A stretch of DNA of 64,000 bases from a bacterium (lineage in GTDB: Bacteria > Bacteroidota > Ignavibacteria > Kapaibacteriales > Kapaibacteriaceae). The notes beneath the pieces are model-generated. The model did not search any database. It saw only the letters and a program-made list of their open reading frames with translations, and was not told the DNA's origin. Below, in pieces: positions 18,906 through 29,700 of the stretch. Every line of letters starts with the position of its first letter. The first letter of the stretch is position 1. The position numbers and the translations under genes were made by a program. The stretch lies in contig DAITNB010000003.1 of the NCBI GenBank assembly GCA_036834845.1, positions 70,385-134,384 of the forward strand. Reading direction: 5' to 3'.

Positions 18906-19601
18906 GTGCGCGTAGTCTCTGCATTTCGAGCGCTGTGGTTCGGAGCGGCAACACCGTACCGAGTTCCGGAAACGCCTCTTACGGCGCTTCTTGCTGTGTT
19001 TGCTGTTGCCGTGTTAACAATGTCGCTCGCCGATGCCGCAGCAGCCATCGTTGAATGGCGCAACGAAACACTGCTCTCCCAGTCCATGCTGTTGGGTCCA
19101 CAGAGCGGCAGTGCAGATAGTGCCTTAGTGCGCGATCTACCCCAACGAGAATTCACCGCGGCTCTTGGTGGCTCTCTGATGGAGAACATCATTGCATCAC
19201 TTGTAATGAGCGGATTTCTCCTCGTACTTGTGCGCTTCATGACCAATGCTGCGGTAACATTCCCCATGGCGTTGGTGTGCGTTTCGGCTACAGCCCTTAT
19301 TCAGGTGGCCGATGTTGGTGTGTCGTCGGCCATCCATGTTTTTACTGGTAGCATCCAATACGGACTTCATGCGGGTTCGTTTGTTAACCCTGCGCTGAGT
19401 CCGGCATGGTTTACCGCACTACAAAAGACAAGCGTGTTTTCGCTCTGGCAGTACCTGTCTGCAACCTCCGCACTGGCGGTATGGGGCGGACTTCACTGGC
19501 GATACGGACTAATTACCGGCGCTGTGGCCTGGGTGGTAACTCGGCTCCTCTTTGCTCTTTTTACACTGATCTCGTGGATGGTAGCGCAACTAACCCCATA
19601 G
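18906..19601 (+). CDS. polytopic membrane protein, possibly Yip1-like
   Basis: 231-aa ORF with about five hydrophobic segments. The family assignment is tentative. Confidence 0.45.
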   Translation: MRVVSAFRALWFGAATPYRVPETPLTALLAVFAVAVLTMSLADAAAAIVEWRNETLLSQSMLLGPQSGSADSALVRDLPQREFTAALGGSLMENIIASLVMSGFLLVLVRFMTNAAVTFPMALVCVSATALIQVADVGVSSAIHVFTGSIQYGLHAGSFVNPALSPAWFTALQKTSVFSLWQYLSATSALAVWGGLHWRYGLITGAVAWVVTRLLFALFTLISWMVAQLTP

Positions 19602-19714
19602 GTGTTCCCGAGTCAGTGTAACCTATTCTGCAAACGATGTGTCAACCCCATAGGAGCCCAAACATCGTGCGCAGAAGCAGCAACCATAACGCCAACGCCC
19701 TTGCACCAGAAGAA

Positions 19715-20239
19715 ATGGAGCTTTTGACGTGTGCGTTTCGCGCCGGCGATCTTGGTGCATTCCGTAAGCTCTATGACATGTATAACGCTGCCGTATACCG
19801 GTTCTGCCGCCACATGATGGCAGACGAGGCCGCAGCAAAAGATGTTTTTCAGGAAACGTTTCTTCGCTTCTACGAGCACCGAAGCCAACTCCTGGGCAGC
19901 AACGTGCGGAGCTGGCTGTTTGTTATTGCCCGCAGAACATGTCTTAACGCGCTACGGTCTCGGAGAGCTGCGCACGAAGAGTTTGATGAGGGGGCATTTG
20001 TTTGCAGTCAAGATACCGTATCGGACGTTGGACTGCGCGACCAAATTGAGAAAGCACTTACGGCGCTGCCGCCGGCACTGAAGGAGGCCCTCATTCTTCG
20101 CGAAGTTGAGGGGTATACGTACGAAGAGATTGCATCCATCTGTGGGATCGACCTCTCACTGGCCAAGGTGCGGGTTCATAGAGCACGCATTACGATGAGG
20201 AAACTCCTGGCCCCAATTGTTCATCAAGTTTATCGATGA
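19715..20239 (+). CDS. ECF-type RNA polymerase sigma-70 factor
   Basis: Region 2 block FRKLYDMYNAAVYRFCRHMMADEAAAKDVFQETFLRFY and region 4 block LREVEGYTYEEIASICGIDLSLAKVRVHRAR. I use the internal ATG at 19715. Confidence 0.85.
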   Translation: MELLTCAFRAGDLGAFRKLYDMYNAAVYRFCRHMMADEAAAKDVFQETFLRFYEHRSQLLGSNVRSWLFVIARRTCLNALRSRRAAHEEFDEGAFVCSQDTVSDVGLRDQIEKALTALPPALKEALILREVEGYTYEEIASICGIDLSLAKVRVHRARITMRKLLAPIVHQVYR

Positions 20240-21447
20240 CGCTTGACCTGCTCATATCGCGATACCTCGATGGTAATCTTCTACCGGAAGAAGACGCCGT
20301 GCTGCGGTCGATCCTTGCGAACGATCCCGATGCGCGAGCCGAATTCGACTCCGCTGTGCTCATTCATATCGGCCTGCGTTGTGAATACGAGGCCGAAATG
20401 CCCCAGGAACTTGCCGAAGAATCCTTTGCCACAATTCTCGAAAACGTATCGACCGCGCCATCATCGCAAGGGGCCCTCGGAGAATCGGCGTCGGGCGCAG
20501 CGTTTCAGGTACAACGCCTGTTGGCTGCTACCGTTGTGTTGCTCCTCATGGCATTGCCGTTTGGGGAGTACACGATGTTTACAGCGGACCCAATCGTATC
20601 ACTAAAGATCATTGTCCCTGCGGAAAAAATCCGCTCCTCTGTCCGCAACCAAACACCACCACAAGGTACGCGGGTACGTTTTGCGGGAGGATTGGCGCCC
20701 ACTGCTGTAGCGGAGGTGCTCGTAGCCGTTGAACCAGAAGCAACGAGCGCAGCACCAGCTACAAATGCTGCAACCCAAATGGACGTGCGATCTATGGCCG
20801 AAAATGAACGCGAACAGCCACGAAACGCCGTGGTAGCGGAACGCGGCAACGCACCGGAAGCCCTCTTAGAGCCCAACACGGGAATGGCCGTTGTGTTAGG
20901 TACGTTCTATGGAAACGGCTTTGGATCGGCCACCTCCGGTGCCCCGGCTGAGACATTTCTATCGCAGAGCATTGGCTTTAAGGTGTCCGAACAAACCGTT
21001 GTTGGCTTGGAGTTCGGATCTACGCAGTCTATCACACAGGTAACCACAACGGCACATATTCGTGGCGGACCCGCCTCGATTGCATCTGCACCATCCGATG
21101 GCAGTGTTTCGAAGTTCAATGCAAAAACACCGCCATCTGGTGGTACCGAGGTGGTAAGCGCTACGTCGGCAACAAGCACCACGCATATGTGGGGTGCTGT
21201 TTTCGTTCAACAGCGTTTAGTATCGTTCCCCATTGTCGATGTAGATATTCGTGGGGGTGTTGGAGCCAGTTCACTTGGATTAACCGGCTATGGTCGGCTT
21301 ACCGGAGTTAGTGCGTTGGGACCTTGGCTATCGTTGTGCGTAGGCGTAGAAGCGCGGGCAAATTCCTCGTTTGGCGCTTCATTAGGGGCGCAGCTCAGCC
21401 CAGGGGTAACAATGAATGCCGTGGCCGGGATTCAAATCAGTCCCTGA
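20236..21447 (+). CDS. putative anti-sigma factor (single TM, Ala/Ser/Gly-rich extracytoplasmic region)
   Basis: ATGA overlap with the sigma gene. The N-terminus LISRYLDGNLLPEEDAVLRSILANDPDARAEF is typical of anti-sigma factors. TM segment LLAATVVLLLMALPFG. Confidence 0.55.
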   Translation: MTLDLLISRYLDGNLLPEEDAVLRSILANDPDARAEFDSAVLIHIGLRCEYEAEMPQELAEESFATILENVSTAPSSQGALGESASGAAFQVQRLLAATVVLLLMALPFGEYTMFTADPIVSLKIIVPAEKIRSSVRNQTPPQGTRVRFAGGLAPTAVAEVLVAVEPEATSAAPATNAATQMDVRSMAENEREQPRNAVVAERGNAPEALLEPNTGMAVVLGTFYGNGFGSATSGAPAETFLSQSIGFKVSEQTVVGLEFGSTQSITQVTTTAHIRGGPASIASAPSDGSVSKFNAKTPPSGGTEVVSATSATSTTHMWGAVFVQQRLVSFPIVDVDIRGGVGASSLGLTGYGRLTGVSALGPWLSLCVGVEARANSSFGASLGAQLSPGVTMNAVAGIQISP

Positions 21448-21523
21448 GGGTTTAAAAACCTTTGTATCTTGCGCGCCGTCCCAACTGGGGCATTGATAAC
21501 GACATCGTAATATCGGAGAACGC

Positions 21524-23548
21524 ATGGAACGTTTATCGACGCTTTTCTACATAGTTGGTGTTTCCCTCGCAATAGTATTTGCAGGGGGCATCGTGAACGC
21601 TCAGACAACTGGAGCGCGTAGGGTATCAATGCCGCAAACGGCGCAGCCACTGGTGGCGCCGCTGAACGTTCAACCCGCAAAAAAGTTGCCTTTGGATGGA
21701 GCGAATGAGTTTCGCGAGGCAGCAGTAGTGCCAGTTCCTAAAGCAACACGTCTGCCAAAGGTGGTAGATGCCACGATGGCCAGTCTGCCTGGTGTTGAGG
21801 TTGGGATAACGTATTACGACTTCCAAACGAACGGAGCCATGGCTAACCGCCTAACGCTTTTGGAGGACGGTCTCGACAAATACGTTCAGCTTGTGTGGAT
21901 GACGTCGAAAGACAGCACGCGCGACCTAACAACCCGCATCCCCGGTTTTGCTGGCAATTCCCGTGGCACACACTATACGTTTCTTGAAGTAAGCGATCCC
22001 GATAATCCCGGAATCGGCATAGAAGATTGGCAAAAAGTAGAATCTCAGCGTGCCGGATGGCCTTCATTGGTTCAGTATTCGGAAGGCAATATCGGTACTC
22101 CGTCCCACACACCTATCCGTTTCTTCGTAAACGCTGGTGTTGGAGACCAGCCACAGTTAGCCAAAGAAATCACTACCCCGGCAGACTCTGCACTATGGCC
22201 ACGCGCGGCGGTTGGTAACGACATAACGCACCTTATTTATAACCGCACGCTACCAGGCAGGCCCACAAACCAACTCAACGAAGTGGCCTATCAGCGTTCC
22301 ACAGATGGCGGCTTTACTTGGTCTCCGAGCATCTCCCTCAACGGACCAAATAGTCCGGCCGGGAATCTTAATGGTGGCTTGGGCGGAGATACCTATGCTG
22401 TAACGGCGCGTGGCAACAAGGTAGTAGTGGTGTACACGGAGTACGGCTGGAGAACACTTTCCTTCACGTCTACAGACGGAGGTGCCACGTGGCCGGCCGA
22501 CCAGGCTCGCGTTGTGTATGCGCCCGTCCACACGAATCTTGATTCTGCCTTCAATGAATGGGGCACCTTTGAGGTGAACACAGACACTGTGCCCGCACCC
22601 AACGGCCATGTAGACGTGATTATCGATAATGATGGGACTACGCACTATGTAATTGGTGTTGTTGCTTCGCACCTTGTTCGTAGGGACACCCTAGGTACCC
22701 GCCAGAACATCATTTATTTCGACCAGGACCGCGCCTCATTAAGCCAGTTCGGGATGTTGTATGCAGCAGAGGGTGCGAACCAACTCTATTTCATGGCGCC
22801 TCCATGTGGCTCGGAGTGGGACGGTGAAGGATATCCGATGAATCTCCGCGTGTACGATGGCGCCAGCAGGTGGCCACAGCTGGGCGTAGATGCTCAAAAC
22901 AACCTGTACTGTTTGTATGGTTCATGGAAGAATGGCGATGTGAAGTCTGTTCTTGCCGATACTACAGGTGGCAACCAACAAAACGAGCCGGATACCCTTG
23001 TTACTGTTGACGCTTTGAATGGACACGTGTGGGCAACATATAAACCCGCAGGAATCAATATCTGGTCGCCCCCTACAGACCTTACACCCGAAGGTGTTAA
23101 CTGTCAGTATGGAACACTATGCGATGTGGTGGCAAACCGCCGCATGTATATGGCATACAGTGCTAGCCCAACCCCCGGAGACCGCGTAACAAACGTTGAA
23201 ACACCTGCAGATGCTGCAAAGGTGATGATGCTTGCGTTCGATGTTTCGAAGTTAACACCAGTAAACAGCGTAAATGAAGATCGCAACCCTAGCGGTCCAA
23301 CCGTTGTGGTATCGCCAAACCCCGCATCCGAATATGCCAGTGTTCGAGTTACCAGTGTAACCAATGCAAACGTGGTGGTGTCCCTTGTCTCAACGTTAGG
23401 AGAGACAATCATGACGGCAGTAAGCCCGGATATGCGCAGCGATTGGGATGTTGTGATTAGCACGCGAGAGCTGCCAACAGGCACATATCGTGTGGTAGTT
23501 ACACAGAATGGATCCAAGACTGTTGTGCCGGTTGTTGTTGTTCGTTAA
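21524..23548 (+). CDS. secreted BNR/sialidase-fold repeat protein with T9SS C-terminal sorting domain
   Basis: BNR motifs STDGGFTWS and STDGGATWP. The C-terminus reads VVVSPNPASEYASVRV...VSLVSTLGETIM...TGTYRVVVTQNGSKTVVPVVVVR. Confidence 0.75.
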   Translation: MERLSTLFYIVGVSLAIVFAGGIVNAQTTGARRVSMPQTAQPLVAPLNVQPAKKLPLDGANEFREAAVVPVPKATRLPKVVDATMASLPGVEVGITYYDFQTNGAMANRLTLLEDGLDKYVQLVWMTSKDSTRDLTTRIPGFAGNSRGTHYTFLEVSDPDNPGIGIEDWQKVESQRAGWPSLVQYSEGNIGTPSHTPIRFFVNAGVGDQPQLAKEITTPADSALWPRAAVGNDITHLIYNRTLPGRPTNQLNEVAYQRSTDGGFTWSPSISLNGPNSPAGNLNGGLGGDTYAVTARGNKVVVVYTEYGWRTLSFTSTDGGATWPADQARVVYAPVHTNLDSAFNEWGTFEVNTDTVPAPNGHVDVIIDNDGTTHYVIGVVASHLVRRDTLGTRQNIIYFDQDRASLSQFGMLYAAEGANQLYFMAPPCGSEWDGEGYPMNLRVYDGASRWPQLGVDAQNNLYCLYGSWKNGDVKSVLADTTGGNQQNEPDTLVTVDALNGHVWATYKPAGINIWSPPTDLTPEGVNCQYGTLCDVVANRRMYMAYSASPTPGDRVTNVETPADAAKVMMLAFDVSKLTPVNSVNEDRNPSGPTVVVSPNPASEYASVRVTSVTNANVVVSLVSTLGETIMTAVSPDMRSDWDVVISTRELPTGTYRVVVTQNGSKTVVPVVVVR

Positions 23549-23603
23549 ACCGGACATTCTAAACTCGAAATTTTTGTCAATTGAGATCTTCAGGAGCAGT
23601 TTC

Positions 23604-26600
23604 ATGGTACGTCGGTACCTTCTTGCAGCCATCCTGCTGACTGTAGCAGCCACGGTTTCGTGGGCCGGTATTACCGGTATTCTAACGGGCAAGGTTGTAG
23701 ACAAAGACGGCAAGGCCGTTGGCGGTGCAACCGTTCGTGTACTTGGCACCACTCGCGGCGCTGTCACGAAAATCGATGGCAAGTACAATATTGTGAACAT
23801 TACCGCCGGTAGTTACGACGTACGTGTAACAGCCATGGGGTACGACACAGTAGTTCAGCGTGTAACTATTGTTGCCGATCAAACCCACACAATGAACTTT
23901 ACCGTATCGCAGGGTGGAGTGAAGTTGAAAGAAGTGGTAGTGGCGGCAGATAGAGAAATGGTGCGTGCTACCGACGTTGGCACCAACCGCGTTCTTTCCG
24001 GCGATGACATGACGAAGATCGCGCGAGACAACATCGCATCGGCTCTCTCGCTAAGCCCAAGCATTCGGGCATCCGGAAACAACTTTATCGTTCGGGGCTC
24101 GCGCACCACAGAAACGCAAGTTCTTGTAGACGGCCTTACTGTTACCGACCAGTTTACCGGTGGTCTTGGAAACTCCGGTTCTACGGTTTCTGCCGCAATG
24201 CCAAGCCCCTTTGCAACCGAGCAAGTGCAAGCACAAACAGGTGGTTTTGGTGCTGAGTATGGTAATGCCATTGGTGGTATTGTTAATACCGTGGTGAAGA
24301 CCGGTAAAACAGACCGTTTTGAGGGTTTGGTGCGGTGGCGGAAGGACGTTCCATTCCTGTTTGGTAGTGCGCAGAACGGCGTAGAATCTGGCTACCCTCT
24401 GGAAGATGTAGTAGACGTAACATTGGGTGGCCCACTTGGTTTTAGCCGCTCGACGTTCTTTGTGGCCGTTCGCAATACGTATCAAACGCACCGAAACTTT
24501 GGCTTGCAGGTAACAGACCCCGTTGACAACAATCTGGGCATGTTGCCAAACAATAGAACGTGGTCGAGAAACATCACCGGCCGTCTTCGTTTTCAACTCG
24601 ACAACGACATTGCGCTTCTCGTGGGCGGTATGTATGGTGTTGTGAATGGTGAGCGCAGTGGGTGGGGTTGGCTTTATGCCAATGATCTCGCCGTTCAAAC
24701 CGACATGACTGGCAATCCGGTAGCTGGTGGAACGGTGTTCAGCGAACCCGAGCGTAATGCAAAACAAATCGTAGTGCAGGAGTTTAGCACCAACTTCTTT
24801 GGTCAGTTAAACCACACATTAGGTCAAAACGCAGTGTACGAAGTACGCGCCTCGTACAACGGAAAGACAACCGAAACAGGCAAGCGAAGAACGGGAACCG
24901 ATTTCGCGCCATCGATATTTAGCGGGTTCGACATCTACTATCCGGAAGACAACATGTCTTTCAACGATTCGGCATACATCGCAGGGCAAAGCAAAATTCT
25001 CGATGCCTATGAGTTCCTACGCCAGTCTGCATTCACCGAAGACGGTTATGTGAAGATTGAAACCACGAAGCGGAATCCCATCACGGGTTACGTTGAGGGT
25101 CCACCGGACTTTCAGTCAACAAATAATCCATACGGGCTCTTTAGTTACTTCGCCGCGCGAGGTAATGAGGGTGGTGTTGATTTGCGGAATGCTCAGTTCT
25201 TCCAGTTAGACGGAAACCTTACGTATCGCCTTGATGCAGGCGAAACCAGCCATACACTCAAAACTGGCTTTGAATTCCGTTCTCTTACCCTCAACAGGCA
25301 CTTTAATGCAACTCCGTGGGACGGAGCGCCATTTTATGATGTCTACGGTGACCTCTATGGCGGAAATCTCTACTTCGACACGCAAGATGGAAGCCAGCAG
25401 GCCCTCGATGCAAAGGCAGAATCCGAAAAGCCATACACACCCGTCACTGGCGCATTCTTCTTTCAAGATCAGATCATGTTTAAGGGGCTTGTGTTCACCC
25501 CGGGGTTGCGTCTTGACTATTTGAATGCCGATGCATTGTACCGCACCAGCTATGACGCATTCTATCCATTCGGATCGCCGGTTGGCTTCTCCCAGGTTGA
25601 GGCAAAACTGTACCTCAGTCCGCGCCTTTCTATCACGTATCCTCTTACGGAACGTCAGAACTTCCAGCTCTCCTACGGTATCTACTATCAAGCCCCACCC
25701 TGGGCCGAATTCTACGACTCCTTCAACGCATTCCAGTTGAGGGGTAGCCAGGTGCTTGGTAATCCGAACATGGAAATGCAGCGCACCAACCAGTACCAAG
25801 TGGCCTATAATCATCAGCTCACAGACGATTTGGCGATTACGGTAACAGGTTACTATAAGGACATCTATAACCAGTCCGACCTTGCCTACGTTCGCGTAGC
25901 GCCAACGCCGTTTTATCAACGTGTGCTGGCTGCCTACGGTAATGCTCGCGGATTGGAGTTTACATTTCAAAAGCGCATGACCAATAACTGGTCCTTCAAT
26001 CTGAACTACACACTTTCCTCTGCCACGGGTACAGCAAATAACAGCACAACTGCCGTTGGTCTCGACCCATACACTGGCAACCCTGCCTTCCCGGTTGAAG
26101 CATTCCCACTGAGTTTCGATCAGCGCAATCGCGTGAACGGAACTGTTGGATGCAGTTGGGGTAACGACGAAGGTCCGTCTATCGGTGGAATCGCCTTCCT
26201 CGAATATTTCACCATCAACCTCTCGGGATTCTGGCAAAGCGGTCTGCCATACACACCAGTAGATTCTCGCGGTCAGGCACTTGGCCAAATCAATTCTGCA
26301 CGGTTCCCATCGAACTGGAACACAGAACTTCGGGTAACGCGCACAATTCCACTTGGCGACTTCCTCGGCGGCAATTCGGCTATCGATCTAACACTCGATG
26401 TAACGAATCTTCTCAATTACACGGGCTCCATTGCCTTCTATCCGGCAACGGGAAGTCCGGACTACGACGGATTTGCTCTCAACAGGCAGCCATCAGACTT
26501 TCCGGCCGTAACATACTATCGCGACGCCGACCCAGGTAACAAGGCCACCATTTCTACGAATCAGTACGATCGTGTTGGCAAGCGTTTGTATCAGCCACTG

Positions 26601-26741
26601 GTGGATTTCAACCAAGATGGCCGTGTGACACCCGACGAAACCTATCGGGGCTACCAGCGCTACGTAGCCGATGTAGTAGCACGTCAGGGTAACTATCAAT
26701 TTCCGCGAACGGTGTATTTCGCCGTAGCGTTCCGTTTCTGA
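23604..26741 (+). CDS. TonB-dependent-receptor-like outer-membrane barrel with N-terminal carboxypeptidase-regulatory-like domain
   Basis: GKVVDKDGKAVGGATVRVLGTTRGAVTKIDGKYNIVNITAGSYDVRVTAMGYD is CarbopepD_reg-like. A plug-like block FIVRGSRTTETQVLVDGLTVTD follows. The terminal residues ...YFAVAFRF end in an aromatic. I use the ATG at 23604, which is preceded by caggag. Confidence 0.8.
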   Translation: MVRRYLLAAILLTVAATVSWAGITGILTGKVVDKDGKAVGGATVRVLGTTRGAVTKIDGKYNIVNITAGSYDVRVTAMGYDTVVQRVTIVADQTHTMNFTVSQGGVKLKEVVVAADREMVRATDVGTNRVLSGDDMTKIARDNIASALSLSPSIRASGNNFIVRGSRTTETQVLVDGLTVTDQFTGGLGNSGSTVSAAMPSPFATEQVQAQTGGFGAEYGNAIGGIVNTVVKTGKTDRFEGLVRWRKDVPFLFGSAQNGVESGYPLEDVVDVTLGGPLGFSRSTFFVAVRNTYQTHRNFGLQVTDPVDNNLGMLPNNRTWSRNITGRLRFQLDNDIALLVGGMYGVVNGERSGWGWLYANDLAVQTDMTGNPVAGGTVFSEPERNAKQIVVQEFSTNFFGQLNHTLGQNAVYEVRASYNGKTTETGKRRTGTDFAPSIFSGFDIYYPEDNMSFNDSAYIAGQSKILDAYEFLRQSAFTEDGYVKIETTKRNPITGYVEGPPDFQSTNNPYGLFSYFAARGNEGGVDLRNAQFFQLDGNLTYRLDAGETSHTLKTGFEFRSLTLNRHFNATPWDGAPFYDVYGDLYGGNLYFDTQDGSQQALDAKAESEKPYTPVTGAFFFQDQIMFKGLVFTPGLRLDYLNADALYRTSYDAFYPFGSPVGFSQVEAKLYLSPRLSITYPLTERQNFQLSYGIYYQAPPWAEFYDSFNAFQLRGSQVLGNPNMEMQRTNQYQVAYNHQLTDDLAITVTGYYKDIYNQSDLAYVRVAPTPFYQRVLAAYGNARGLEFTFQKRMTNNWSFNLNYTLSSATGTANNSTTAVGLDPYTGNPAFPVEAFPLSFDQRNRVNGTVGCSWGNDEGPSIGGIAFLEYFTINLSGFWQSGLPYTPVDSRGQALGQINSARFPSNWNTELRVTRTIPLGDFLGGNSAIDLTLDVTNLLNYTGSIAFYPATGSPDYDGFALNRQPSDFPAVTYYRDADPGNKATISTNQYDRVGKRLYQPLVDFNQDGRVTPDETYRGYQRYVADVVARQGNYQFPRTVYFAVAFRF

Positions 26742-26760
26742 TTTAGAAAGGACGCGGAAC

Positions 26761-29700
26761 ATGAAACCAAAGCAGAATACCGGAGATTACATGAAGTACC
26801 GAAACATGCTGTTGTTCACCACACTCGCGATGATGTGCGCAGCCATTGTTGCTGCATCTGCAGGAACAGCGGGCACAGCGCCTAAGAAGGCGAACAAGGA
26901 CAGCAACACAGAGGATGTGCAGCGCACACCCCGTGGTGTTTTTGATCAACAAGCAAACGTTGTATCGAGTATCGATTTTCAAACCACGAACTATGGCATT
27001 TTCGGATTCGATGTCCGCAACGGCAGAGGCGGAACATTCTGGCCGCGTGGTAGAAGAAATCAGTATCTGTTTGCAGGGGGCGCGTGGTTTGGTGCACGAA
27101 AGCGTCCACCAGGATCCGACTCTCTCCGTAAACGTGTGATGATTACGTACAACCCCAATTCGGGCTTGTCGTGGATGGTCCCCGGCGCGATTGAAGATGG
27201 CGATGTTGTGAACACTACCAGCGAGTTCATCAACAAATACCGTACGTACTTCTCCACCGATTTTTCCTCGAATGATGGTGTGGATTTCCAGAATCCTACT
27301 TTTCCTCGGTGGCCAATTTGGGATACGAAAGCCCTCGACACCCTTCGCGTTGACAATTACTTTGGGATGTATGTTAACGACATTACGTCCCGCTATAAAA
27401 CAACGTTTCCAAAGGGTCCGGCCTTTGTGTCCGAAGAAGACGTGTTCTGTGTATACAAGGATACAGATCTTAACTACTACGAAGGTGGTGTAACGAAGCG
27501 GAAGGCAGACGGCTACCCACTTGGGATGCAGGTTGAGCAAATCATCTATTCGTGGGGTTTTGGAGACTACGCAGACTTCGTATTTCTAAAGTACCTCTTT
27601 ATCCACCCAGAGAAGTTCAAGGATACACTATTCGACTGTTGGATGGCGGCGGTGCAAGATGTGGACATCGCGTTGGCTACAAATCCCATTGGTGGCGCGC
27701 AAAACGACCTCGCGCGATACTATGACGAAGACCCACTTCTGAACCTTGCTGTGCAATGGACGAACCCCGACCGCGGCGAAGGAGGGCAGGGTTTTGGTTA
27801 CCTGGGCTTCAACTTCCTTGAATCACCGGCCGTTGACGCCGAGAAATTCCTTCGTACAGATAAGCGTCAGTTCCCCGTAAACGAACAACTTGGCTTGCGC
27901 ACTATGCGCAACTGGCCAATCACCGAAGACCCAATCGAAAACGAAGACCGGTACAACTTTATATCCAGTCAGCGTCTCGACGGAAATCTTGGTCCCGGAG
28001 ACCGGCGGCTTATGATGGCCACCGGCCCATTCAATATGCGCCCGGGAGACTCGGCTCGCATCGTGGTTGGCATAATCCTGGCAGGCACAACAAGTGGTGG
28101 TGATGCTACAGGCACAACCGAAGATATGATTGAGTTGATTCGTAAAACGCGTTTCGCTCAGTTTGTGTACGACAACCAATTCCGTGCACCGAAGGCACCC
28201 GAACTTTCAATAATCAAGGGTGCTCCTGCTGGATCTTCATCCGGCATCAACAGCTTTATGCCTATCCCGCCAGAGGGGTTTCTGCCACTGAACAATGCTA
28301 TCGCCATTCAGTGGGACAGCACCGCCGAGCTCTCTGTGGATACTCTTGAGCGTGGCCTTGACTTCTTTGGCTACCGAATCTATCGCGCTCGCCGCACAGA
28401 CCAAGACACGTTCGCTTTAGACTACCAGTTGAACGCACGGAAGGGTCCACTCGCATGGAAGCAAATTGCGCAGTATCAGATTACGTCGCCATTCTTAAAA
28501 GAAGGCGAACCTCTGGGTAACACCGGCACACGCATGGATGCCTTTCAGATCGCAGACGTAATCAAGCCCGGTCAAAAGCGGTTCCTCGTTGTTCGTTCAA
28601 TCAGTCTTGGGCCAGAACCGTGGGGCAGCTACTTCGCGCAACTCCTTAACGGTAGAGATTCGCGATATGGTTTGCGCGTTAACCGCACAGACTCAACCCT
28701 CATTACATCCGGATGGGCACCTGGGACGAACAACACCGTACCAAACTTCGACAAGCTCGACTCCATCAGGTTTACCTACTTCACAACTCAGGTTGAAACG
28801 CTTCCGGTTGTTGGCCGCACGGGCGCTAATCTCCTCCTCGATACAGTAGCGGCAAAGGTCGCTAAGGATTCGTTGGTTAAGCTTATCGTTGGTCGTCGAG
28901 TAAAGATGGATCCATTCCTCTTTAATGATACAGACACTATCGTTGGCAGTGATGGAAGCACACAAACCATCGGCACGAAACGCCCATGGGAGGAGACCAA
29001 TGAGGTTCGACGTGGTCTTATTGCCAACTTTATGCGCCAACAAACAAATGGCAGAGTGTTCTTCGACATTGGCGACGACGATCGTAATGGGACGGTTTCG
29101 TACTCGACCAATCCGGAGAGCAGCGAGAAACTCATCAATAACATTCAGTATCACTACGCTGTTCGAGCATACGACGAAGGTGATTATCTCCTTCCAACGC
29201 CTCAAAAGCTCAACAACCGCGCCGTTGGATTGCCGAATGTAGTAGCAGCAACACCACTGGCCGCCCGTCCGGGTAATGCCGTGTCCTTTACGTTTACAAC
29301 AGACGACGCAAACCTGAAGAAGCTTGGCGGTATTTACAATGTTCGCCTACTCGTAGACGACCCACAACGCTTTAATCAACTCTTTGCCGGCCGAACTCTC
29401 GAATTAGAGTTCTTCCGATTCTGGAACGGTTACAACCCTGTTCCAAACAGTACAGCGCCGGGCGATGGTCTCTACGGTGTGTACTTCATTCTTCGAGACA
29501 GTGCAACACGTCAAGATCTCAACGCATGGGTGAGCTACTTGCCCCCTGAACTTTGTCCAACGGCAAATGTTCCAGGCCTACCGGGATATTTCTCCGAGAA
29601 TTCTGCCGTATATGTAGACACGAATGATGTGATGTACGACACGGTATACAACGCAGATGGTTCGATTAAGCGTGTAGACACAACAACGTTCGGATTACCC

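Noticed and set aside
23508-23603. N-terminal extensions given by the longest-ORF starts. Examples are 23508 for the TBDR-like gene, 2708 for rpsT, 43808 for clpS, 53873 for DUF1501, 19637 for sigma, 34524 for GT9 and 38441 for the J-domain protein.
   Set aside because: The extensions overlap upstream genes or add non-homologous residues ahead of canonical N-termini or signal peptides. Internal ATGs give family-typical lengths.
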